DNA from: Eledone cirrhosa
Taxonomy: Eukaryota
Direction: 5' to 3'
NCBI GenBank assembly: GCA_964016885.1
Contig: OZ024743.1
Span: forward strand, 288,796,001-288,860,000
Length of the DNA: 64,000 nucleotides
The notes under the pieces were generated by a model. The model did no database searches. It was given only the letters and a program-made list of their open reading frames with translations, and was not told where the DNA came from. Made by a program: the position numbers and the translations under genes. Shown here in pieces: positions 53,150 through 64,000 of the stretch. Position 1 is the first letter of the stretch; each line of letters begins with the position of its first letter.

Positions 53150-54600
53150 TGGACCCCAAAAATGGTCCGGCAAGGAGAAAACCTTAACTTTTGGGACCTG
53201 GAACATTACAACCCTGACAGGTAAGGAGGATTAACTAGTAGAGAAGGCTAGATGCTACCGGCTTGACTTAGCCTGGGTTTCCTCAGCAAAGTTCCGTGGC
53301 TCTGATACTGTAGATTTGGATGGAGGATGGAAACTCTAATTTTCAGGTGTGTCACCAGAAATGACTGCACAGGCGTTAGTGGAGATACTCAGAAGCCCTC
53401 AGCTGTCAAAATGTGTTATGGACTGGATCCCCTTAGAAGGGAGTATTTGCCTCTTGAAGCTTAGGTTGAAAATAGGTTTCTGTGGGTGGTGCAATTTTAT
53501 GCATCAAACAAGGAGTCCGAATACAGGTCCTTCCTTGATGAAGTCACTGCAGCGTAAGATGTAGTTAGAACTGAGTCATATATCCTGATGCACATGTTGG
53601 CACTGACCACCTGACATGGAAAAGATTGATTGGAAAGAATGACGACCTCGATCTACATAGGAATGGAGAGGCCTAACTAGTCTTCTGTTCTAGCAATTGA
53701 CTCTCTGATATGAACATCTTTCTCCAGTACAGAGACATTCATAAATATTCATGGTATAAACGGAATCAGGGACAGAGATCAATAATTGATTTCGTTATTG
53801 TCTCTGAGGGCAGTGGATTGACAGTATCGGTAGAGAGTCGGACACCATGCTTTGCAGTACAGAGTTACGGCCCTTTGCGGTCTGAGCCCAAGTCCCGCCG
53901 AAGTGAACTTTGCCTTTCATCCTTACGGGGTCGATAAAATAAAGCGCCAGTAACGCACTGGGGTGGATTTAATCGACATTCCCCTCCTTCCAAATTACTG
54001 GCCATGTGCCTATACTATATATCATTATTGTCCCTGATCTCTTTCATTCTGTGCTGGATGTTCGTGTTAAGAGAGGGGCTGAGCTGTTAACCGATCACCA
54101 TCTACTTAACTGCAACTTGAGACTAAATAAACCAATGAACCCACAAAAATTGACAGGTCCAGGGCTACTTACATGGTGGGTAAGGAAGTCATGAGAAGGA
54201 ATGCAGATACTATTGCGTCCAAATCCAGAGAACTCTCTGAGCAAGCTGAGGTCGTTGAGTCAGCGTGGAGATTGTTCTGTGCAGCAGTTTCTACTTCAGC
54301 TGTTAAATGCTGCCGGCGAAAGAGGTTTGGTATGGCGTCGGTTTACAGGAGGACCCCTTGGCTCTATAAAGAGGTCAACGATGCCGTTCTAGCAAAGAAG
54401 GAGGCTTACAAAGCTGGGTTTGGAAATAAGTACTTCTTGTTGCAATTGCGGTACAAGTAGGAACCTAGAATCGCAGCAGAGACAGTATAGACGTCAACAG
54501 ATAAATTATGGGAAGACTTTGGGTTTAAGATGGAATCTGACATCAGAGCAACAAATAAAATGTTTAGCTTTGCATGTCATCCTTACGGCGATGATAAAGT
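53150..54600 (+). mobile_element. RTE-clade LINE endonuclease region, degenerate, interrupted by a SINE
   Basis: GTWNITTLTGK, HKYSWY..QRSIIDFVIVS|DL..VLDVRVKRGAELLTDHHLL, RTPW..EV..A..AKKEAY. Confidence 0.82.
53808..54021 (+). mobile_element. tRNA-derived SINE nested in RTE
   Basis: 16-bp TSD tc(g/a)ttattgtc(t/c)ctga at 53792-53807 and 54022-54037. Confidence 0.88.
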
Positions 54601-55262
54601 AAAGTTCCTGAGTTCCAAGCCACGCCGCACTCACGAATCAACCAGATAATACCTTCTCTATTTAATGCTTTCAAAATCTTAGACCGAATTTCATCTTCCC
54701 CATAAAACACAATCTTGACAAGAGACCAGCCTAAAACACATTACTCTACCTTATCTCTAAATAATACTTTTAATCACACAGTCTCTTATGGTATTCGATA
54801 TTGATTTCTTTGAATGTTCCCTTTCCATGTTTATTGTAACTGTTGCTTTCTTCTTCAATCAATCAATGTGTAACTCCACCTCATACGAGATCGGCAGAGG
54901 TAGAATTTAATACACATCATTTGATTATGTTTTCTGATTTCGCCTTCGAAACTATTTAACCATAAATAATATACAATGAAAATTCATATACGAGCACACA
55001 CTGAGACACGTGCACACGTCCTCAGACATATGTGGACAAATACTCACACACCCACAAACCCACACACACACGCACGCAAATGCATACACACACACAGACC
55101 CACACACACAAATGCACACACACACACGCGTACATACACGCACTAACAAGGTCGTCTCATTAGTATTAAGACCGTAAGTGAATTTAAACATCATCAGTTT
55201 GTGAACTCTACTTTACCCCTTCCTTCCTCTGTCTTGGTCTGTCTCTCTCCTCTCTCTTTCTG

Positions 55263-55316
<54 letters not shown>

Positions 55317-55321
<5 letters not shown>

Positions 55322-55381
55322 TAAAATAACAGATTAAAGTTTAAGCCCTCTTTGGATTTTAGTCTTCAAATTTATTATTAT

Positions 55382-55386
<5 letters not shown>
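55317..55386 (+). repeat. 70-bp mini derivative of the 39945-40730 family
   Basis: First ~30 nt of the left arm (tttattaaaataacagattaaagtttaagc) joined at 'agc' to the last ~40 nt of the tail. Confidence 0.85.
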
Positions 55387-55465
<79 letters not shown>

Positions 55466-55521
55466 ATATACATACATACACACATGCCCACATATATATA
55501 TATATATATATACAGACATAT

Positions 55522-55594
<73 letters not shown>

Positions 55595-55619
55595 GACATA
55601 TACACACATATATATATAG

Positions 55620-55699
<80 letters not shown>

Positions 55700-56145
55700 A
55701 TAGGCGCGTGCATGTTTGCTCATATACGTGTATACGTGTGTGTATGTGAATGTGTTTATGAATGCGAATGTAATGGCGAAAGAATTACAATCATAAAAGA
55801 AACAACAAAAAATATCAAGATTAATCACAACAACAGATTATAGAGAAAATGGTTAACAAAATAATGAAAGGAGTTAAAATCAACACATTTACTAGTGTGA
55901 AATTTCTATCAATTCGGAGAAAATAAGAGTGAGGAGGCAGAGAAAGAGAGAGTAGGGTGGGAGAGAAGAACAGAGGGATGGCCTCTGTGATAGAAATAGA
56001 ATATATATATATATATATAATACATACACATATATATATATATATATATGTGTGTATGTGACAGAGATAAGAAGGAGTGAGAGCGATAGAGGGGTGAAAT
56101 AAGGGTCTCTGAGACATAATATAGTAGCATACACGCACATGTATG

Positions 56146-56200
<55 letters not shown>

Positions 56201-56237
56201 GTGTGTGTGTCTTTGTGTGCGTGTATATATGTATATG

Positions 56238-56347
<110 letters not shown>

Positions 56348-58007
56348 GATTCATATATATGTGAGTGTGTGTATATACATACTTATATATATATATATAT
56401 ATATAGATTCATATATATGTGAGTGTGTGTATATACATACTTATATATAGATATATACATATATAGATATATGTATATATATATAGGGAGAGGGAGAGAG
56501 AGAGTGAATGCGTGTCTGTGTGTGAGCGAGAGGGCGAACTATTTGGTTGTTGTTTGACTCTAAAGACACAAACCATGCTGCTGTGTTGTGTTGTTTGAGT
56601 CAAAATGTAAACACATTCACATTTTGACATATTCATGACCGAATCTATGTGTCCTATGCGGTAGGTTCCCCTTTTTTCTCTCTTCAATCGGTAACTTTTT
56701 TGCCTTCCAAGAGCTTATGTTGTTTTTGCTATTTATTTATTTTCTTTTAATCTTTATCACCATTTACTCACACCCACATTATCCAAACCCTCTCTCTCTC
56801 CCAATCTATCTGTGTATCTATCTCACTCTATATCTATCTTTCCATATATATATATCTATTTATCTATCACTGTCTATATGTCTAGCTATCTTTTTTCTTT
56901 ATATGTGATGGCATGTAGCATTTAAAGAAGAAATGTCGGATATTTCTTGCTATTAAAATTCCTAAAAGTTTGTATTTTCCATATGTCAGTGAGTCAAAGA
57001 GTTGATAAAATAAAACAAGAAATATAAATAGATATAAAAATAAAGTAACTGTAAAAGATTTGTTTTGGTTTATCAAATAAATTAGACGCAGCAAAAGCAA
57101 CTTAAAAAAGGAGTGGGTAAAAAAAGAACCCTTTGAAATATTTTGGCATATCTATCAATCTATAGTACGGTTCTGTTTGTCACAATATGAGTTTGACTGT
57201 TGCACTTAAAATAGATATAGACTAAGCAAGGAAATCGAAGATATAATCAAAATCTTTAATATAATGAAACAAGTAAGTAACGCTTTCAACAACTTCAATA
57301 CGAAACGAAATCGATGTATCATTCGAAATAGTTATTTTGTACTGATGGGAATGGCAGTGCCCATTACCTTTTTCAGTGCCTTCAATACAGGTGTGGTGGA
57401 GGGAAGAAGGTATTCTCAAACCTGAGGATTAACTAGTGTAGCTAAACCGGGTGACACATCAAGTTATTCACCTCATTAAACACATATCTCGACATTCAAA
57501 CAATACCACCAATCCACACCACTCGACTGGTAGTTTATTTTATCGTTCCAATTCAGATGAATATCAAAGTTGACATCTGCGAGATAGAGAATTTAGCTGA
57601 ATCTCCAAGAACCGTTATAAGTGACACAAAACATATTGTCCTACGATCAAAGGTCTGCCAATTTAACGCCAAACACTGAAGTGAGCACATGTGTTACACT
57701 GAGGAACAAGATCGAATACGTAATGGAAATATTTAACATATTGTAGCAAGTTCAAATAATGACTCTTTCAACAGCTTTAACTGTGGAGCGAAAATGAGAT
57801 ATTTAACAGAATGATACACTATTATGAATATTTATACATTTATTCACCAAAATAATTGTAAGAGCATATTATACGTACACCATAGAATTTCTAAGGAGTG
57901 CCCCTAATAACAAGTAGTGTTTTTGTAATTATTTTTTAAATCAACACTGACCCCAGAAAGTATGGGGTATTACATAGGTTTCTTTTCAATATTTACTATA
58001 TATTAGA

Positions 58008-58198
58008 GATGTGGACTGGCAGTATCGGTAGTGCGTCGAACAAATGGCTTTGCAGCATATAGTTACGGCTCTTTATACTCTGTGTTCAAATCTCACCGAG
58101 GTTAGTTTAGACATTCATCCTTACGGGGTCCATAAAATAAAGTACCCATAGCGCATTGAGGTCGATTGTTGGCCTTGTCCGAAAACTAGAATCTATTA
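58008..58198 (+). mobile_element. tRNA-derived SINE (diverged)
   Basis: gtggactggcagtatcggta..gttcaaatc..ttcatccttacggggtc. Confidence 0.8.
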
Positions 58199-58232
58199 TG
58201 TACTATATATTTATCCGGACTAATGTCTAAAG

Positions 58233-58570
58233 CAGGGGTTCTCAACCTTTTTTTCGCTGTGGACCACCAAAATAAGTAATTTTTTCCTGTGGACCACCTA
58301 AACTTTTAAATCTTTTGTAATAGAACTGCTACTTATAAGCATCAGTAGATGTTTTTTTTCAATGAATTAGAAAATGCTATTATCATGTCGCAGTGCCTAA
58401 AAATCTACGCAAATAAACAGCTGAAGTCGTACTTATGCGAAGAATAAGAACAGCGCATTAAGTCAAATGCATGGATCAAAAAAGAATTTGCTATTGAAAA
58501 TGTTCTGTGGACCACCTGAATTTTCCTGTGGACCACTAGTGGTCCACATGGACCAGGTTGAGAACCCCTG
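58233..58570. mobile_element. hAT (Charlie-like) MITE
   Basis: TIRs caggggttctcaacc and ggttgagaacccctg; TSD gtctaaag/gtctatag; subterminal ctgtggaccac repeats. Confidence 0.88.
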
Positions 58571-59711
58571 GTCTATAGTATTATTCTATTAACCCTTTAG
58601 CAATCACGGTATTGATCGGTGGATAATAATCACTATCGGGTTAACAGGGAGGAAACAGTTACTTATATGATTCCTTACTATTCCACTTGTATATATGGAC
58701 CCAGAAGTTTAGGAAAGTTAATGTAGACATTAGTGAGAATTTAAAGGGGAACGTGAAGAGCTGTAATCATATAACAGAAGGCGACATATTATCCACAGTA
58801 TAGACATACATTTACTGGCATTTTATAGGAAAAAATAGAATTGGGCATTTTGTTTTCTCAATTTTAAAATGATTTGATGAGCTTAAAAGTTCATCAAAAT
58901 GAGGTTTATCTCGGTTGCATGTAACGTTAAGCAACTGATGTCACAGGATTTCTTCCGTGTTGGATGCCAGTCCATCGCAAGTTTAAACACGAGCAGCTGG
59001 TACTCATGACTTTCCCGTCTTTTTGTTGTTATTTCTGTTCTTTATACCAAATGAAGGCGATAAGTTTCGCAGAGACTTTCAAGCGTTGGTCAAATTACAT
59101 GAACTAATATAAACAGAAACCAAAGCCTACCATCAGCGCCCCTAGTATTATACATACACATATTAAGATTGCCTCAAGTATAACGAAATTAGATAAATGT
59201 ATATATGTTTTGCAGTATTTGTTCCGAATCTCTGTATTCTGAGGTCGAATCCCACAGATATCAACCATGCGTTTGACTGTTTAGAATTCGTTCAAATAAT
59301 TAAACGTCCATGGTGTTGGATTACTGGAATAGTTACTGCATCAGAGAATATGACTTTTGTTATTTTTTATGGGTCCATGACTTCTGAGTTAAAACTCTGA
59401 TGTGTCAACTTGGCAGTGGTGATCGGAAGCAGGCTGAATCCGTTGAGCGAAATAGCTCAATCCCATGTACCTTAGGTGCCTTTATCGGAATTAATTTCTT
59501 TTACAAACAGTCAGACTAGGACTCCGATTTGAAGATACATTCTTTTCTCTCTCCTACAAGGATGGAAAGGTCATGGCCATTATCCTTTCCTTCCTTGACT
59601 ACATAATACATTTTATATCATGGGGCCATCTGCAATTTAATTAAGAATATTTTATATAACAAAACTGTAAAGTACGTTCAGTTGACTAAAGTTGTATTAT
59701 TTACATTTCTG

Positions 59712-59925
59712 AGGGCGGTGGATTGGCAGTATCGGTAGAGGGTCGGACATCATGCTTTGCAAGAAAGGAGTAACGGCCCTTTATGGTCTGAGTTCAAATC
59801 CCGCCGAGGTTAACTTTGCTTTTCATCCTAACGGGGTCGATAAAATAAAGTACCAGTAATACTGGGGTCGATTTAAGCGACTTTCCCTTCCCCCAAATTA
59901 CTGGCCTTGTGTCTATATAAGAAAC
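59712..59925 (+). mobile_element. tRNA-derived SINE
   Basis: Near-consensus copy. Confidence 0.88.
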
Positions 59926-60112
59926 CATAAGAAACCAGTATTTACATTGCTGATTATATAAGCATTTCCCTACATCCAAAGTTTGAATAACGTGGAATAT
60001 GTAACGATACCAAATCTACTGTAATATCAAAAACCAAAACAAAAGGTGAGATTCCTTTAATACATAAACCTGCGCTAAAATTGGAAGCGATCAGCAAATT
60101 TGTGGATGTACA

Positions 60113-60185
60113 AACCATTAGAAGGGTATTGGTTTATAACCAATAGAAGAGTATTGGTTTATAACCAATAGAAGGGTATTGGTTT
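60113..60185. repeat. 25-bp tandem repeat x3 of hairpin units
   Basis: aaccaatagaagggtattggtttat repeated. Confidence 0.85.
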
Positions 60186-60895
60186 AGATAAATTACTTGA
60201 CAATGTTTTGCAAGATGAAACATTTACTTTTATAGTAGCTGAGTCATAAGAAGCCTCTGGGAAAGACTATGCAAGACAACTTTCGGGTGTCATGGATGTG
60301 GAGAATTTCACTTAAAATTCAAAGAGCTGAGAGGTTTCTTTTGAGGAGCCCATTCGTCAGATACTCACACACACCTTCTTTGTTCTCCGGGGTTCGAGCC
60401 GATATATCAACTAAACCCCTTTCAGAGAAGTCCTGTCTCCGAGATAGGAGGTCAGAAGGAAGAAAGTAAGTTATTTTCAATTTAGAGACCTTCTTTGAAT
60501 GCTTGCAATAGAGTTAAATCGTTGCTGCGAGGATTTGTGCAGCAAATTCTGAGCGCAATTCACTGATGGTCCTTTCTTTAATACAGAAAATCTCCTAATT
60601 AGATTCATATAGAAAGTTCATTACATGAAAACGCAGAACCAGATTGAAGAATTATGAAGAATTGAAGAATTATGAATGCAATAGTAGAAAACTAAATATT
60701 GTCATAGGTTTATGGTATTCAACGCTAAATTCATAGAAATATAGAAATAAAGATTTTGAGTCCAATTCCCACTAATAACTCAGTTTTCAATGAATTTCAG
60801 ATTGCCATTTATTTTTTCTTATAAAAGTTAACCACACACACAGACATACACACACACACACACACACACACACGCATAAATAAATAAATAAATAA

Positions 60896-60973
<78 letters not shown>

Positions 60974-61077
60974 TGTATATATATATGTTGCTATTAAGTT
61001 AGACATAGCCTGGGCCAATAAAGGCCGAAAGTTATCAAAGTTTTATATATAAATATACATATATATATATATATATA

Positions 61078-61150
61078 TAGTAATAATAATAAATTTGAAG
61101 GGTGAAAGCAGCGATTCTTTGCTTAAACTTTAATCTGTTATTTTAATAAA
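61078..61150 (-). repeat. 73-bp mini derivative of the 39945-40730 family
   Basis: Inverted tail end tagtaataataataaatttgaag joined to the arm end ggtgaaagcagcgattctttgc...aataaa. Confidence 0.85.
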
Positions 61151-61342
61151 TATATATATATATATTTATATGAATGTGTTGAAATTACGCACACACACAC
61201 AATATGACCCTGCCCAAGTATAACAATATATATATATATATGTATCCGTATGTGTGTGTGTTATATCTTTATATCTTGTATATATATGCATATATTTAAT
61301 ATATTTATGCATGTATATGTATGTAAGTATATATATATATAC

Positions 61343-61411
<69 letters not shown>

Positions 61412-61686
61412 GTTAAATGTGATGTGTGTGTGTGTGTGTGTGTTTGTGTGTGTATGTGTACAAACGCCCGTATGTATATAATATTTCAGAGCCAATCTTC
61501 TCAAATATGTGTCTATTTTGACTCCACCTAGTTAATATATCATCTTCCATCCCACACAACACCACTACGATGTCATCCATATTACAATAATCACACACGC
61601 GCATACACAAGCATTCACGTATCCACGTATACATATAAATATACACAAACACGTACATACACACGCACACAGGCAAACGCATATCC

Positions 61687-61752
<66 letters not shown>

Positions 61753-61954
61753 TTTTATTTTATTCCTTAATCCTCTAATTTCCTACATCACTCAACAGTT
61801 ACCATTATATTTCCCCATTTTTAAAATCATTTTCCATTCATCTTGTTTTTGTTGTAGAGGTTACTGTTGCATGGGTTCTTCTTCTTCTTCTTCTTCTTCT
61901 TCTTCTTCTTCTTCTTCTTCTTCTTCTCTCTCTCTCTCTCTGAATACACACACG

Positions 61955-62044
<90 letters not shown>

Positions 62045-62248
62045 AGCAACATCACAACAATAACAACATCAACAACATAAGTGGCACAGGAAAGAATATG
62101 AAAGAAAGAAAAGGAAGAAATAAATAAAAATAAAAGAAACATAATAGGAATGAAAAAAGAGAATGAAGATAGGTGTTCTAAATCCGACGAAGGCCTAAGA
62201 AATCTAGAAACTAGTCAATCAATCCTTCTCAACGTGTGACTAAAATGG

Positions 62249-62249
62249 T

Positions 62250-62280
<31 letters not shown>

Positions 62281-62500
62281 ATCGCCAAATTATTCCTGAG
62301 AGGGAAGAGTCCTCAAACACTCCTTCCAGCGGGTCCTGACAGAAGCAACCTTCTCCAACTGATCCGGCTGGATCCCCAAGCACGACCAGCCAGGTTCCTG
62401 AATGTTATCCTAACGTCATGCTCAGGGCCAACCGCTGGGTCTCCTGCCGGTTGGCTTTGCCCGCAAAAACTGTCCAGCGATTCTTTCCCCGAGACACATG
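62249..62500 (-). mobile_element. RTE LINE 3' end with (GAA)n tail
   Basis: Matches 5557-5775. Confidence 0.82.
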
Positions 62501-63109
62501 ACCATAGTATCGGAGTCAGTATAATAAAATACCATAAGATTACCAGTATTGATATATTTGACTATGCCTCTCCAGCTGGAAATATGTCGTCATGTGTCTG
62601 TGCTAAAAGTCATTCAAAATATTTGTGTGCATAAACTTCGTATTACAGACACATACTTGCACACACAAAGACACAAACACTTGTATATATATATACATTA
62701 TATTACAATGTGAACGCTTTTTGTAGGAAGATAAGCATAGAGAAACAACAAAACAATTTAATACCCGAAGGTATAAGTAAAAAAGAGTTCCACATGTGTT
62801 CAAATTTAAATAGAAAAAAAAAAAAGAAATGAATTGCTAGCGCAGTAAATTATGATATGTTAATTCAGATTGAATTGAAAATGCAATATAACAATTGTGA
62901 ATATACGTTTTTGTATTGAAAAACTTTTAAAAAGAATTTCAGTTATTCGGGAAAATGTATACACAGACACAGAAATATACATAATGGGTGTATGTATTGG
63001 TACTTGTATATATGCATGTGAATTTGTATACGTCCATGTGTATATAATATATATATAGATATTCTTTCTGTTTCTGAATAAATGTATTCTGAGTTTTTCG
63101 AATATGAAT

Positions 63110-63210
63110 AATTGTTTCTACCTTTGGCACAAGGCCAGCAATTATCCCAGTGTATTACTGGAGTTTTATTTTATCGACCCCGTAAGGATGAAGGCAAAGT
63201 TGACCTCGTT
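63110..63210 (-). mobile_element. tRNA-derived SINE 3' half
   Basis: attgtttctacctttggcacaagg...atcgaccccgtaaggatgaaggcaaagttgacctc. Confidence 0.82.
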
Positions 63211-63213
63211 GGG

Positions 63214-63970
63214 ATAATAATATTCGATTCGTTTGCAATTATGCAAACAACCTTTTTATATGCCAACATTGTGTTTATATGCCAACACAAGAGCAAAAAT
63301 ACGAGGTCATTCTACTGACATGGCTTAAAGAGGCTGTTTGCATAATTGCAATCAAATCGAAAATTATTATTAATATTCGAAAACCTCAGATTACATTTAT
63401 TGCATTGAGCAATGTAGAGCCATAACACTATTTGTTAGAATTTTGAATATGGCATAGCCGGCCATTAATCGATCGTATACATGAAACTGACTGCTCTATC
63501 TGCTGATATGCAAATGTGGATGATCAGTGTGTCGGCTAATATGCAGATCTGACTGATCATAAGTCACTATATATTTCAGAAATTATAATATATTTTCACT
63601 AGCTCTGACAGTACTGGGCAGTGTACAGTACTGATGAAGGGTAATTACACAGAAACATAAGTGTCTGCCATTCTGTTTATATGCCAACACAAGAGCAAGA
63701 ATGACGGTGTCATTCTACTGACATATCTTAAAGAGGGTGTTTGCATAATTGGAAACGAATCGAACATATCGGTAGAGAGTCGGACACCATGCTTTGAAGC
63801 ATAGAGTTACGTCCCTTTATGATCTGAGTTCAAATCTCGCCGAGGTTAACTTTGCCTTTGGGGTCGATAAAATAAAGTACCAGTAATGTACTGGGTAATT
63901 GCTGGCCTTGTGTCTAAAATAGAAACAATTATTAATATTCGAAACACTCAGATTACATTTACTTTATTGA
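63214..63970 (+). mobile_element. HHR-bearing repeat with tandem and inverted end copies; HHR at 63631-63670; SINE at 63768-63930
   Basis: CTGATGA agggtaattacaca GAAA cataagtg TC tgcca. Family end at 63214-63250 (inverted), 63275-63400 and 63678-63960. Confidence 0.72.
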
Positions 63971-64000
63971 GTGATCGATAACAATATTTGTTATATATAT

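Noticed and set aside
60113-60185. CRISPR-like array
   Set aside because: Eukaryotic context and no unique spacers.

Overview
AT-rich eukaryotic, repeat-dominated DNA. The SINE types and microsatellite density suggest an octopus or other cephalopod, but that is inference. No host protein-coding gene can be supported, and most ORFs in the track are microsatellite artefacts. Real coding content is retroelement-derived: a near-intact 5'-truncated L1/Tx1-type LINE (10995-15811, 20-bp TSD) with two 3' fragments in a (GATA)n tract, a near-complete Penelope-like element (PLE; RT + C-terminal GIY-YIG) with ~770-bp inverted pLTR arms (24988-28822), four other PLE fragments, and RTE, CRE and mariner fragments. 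There are also two hAT MITEs and more than 12 tRNA-derived SINEs. The most striking feature is a population of at least 12 fold-back (inverted-repeat) inserts in (TA)n tracts. Most carry type I hammerhead ribozyme (HHR) motifs, and several use a U3-A8 core (UUGANAA) instead of CUGANGA. Within a family, copies keep the same two termini while the middle shrinks from kilobases to ~70 bp.
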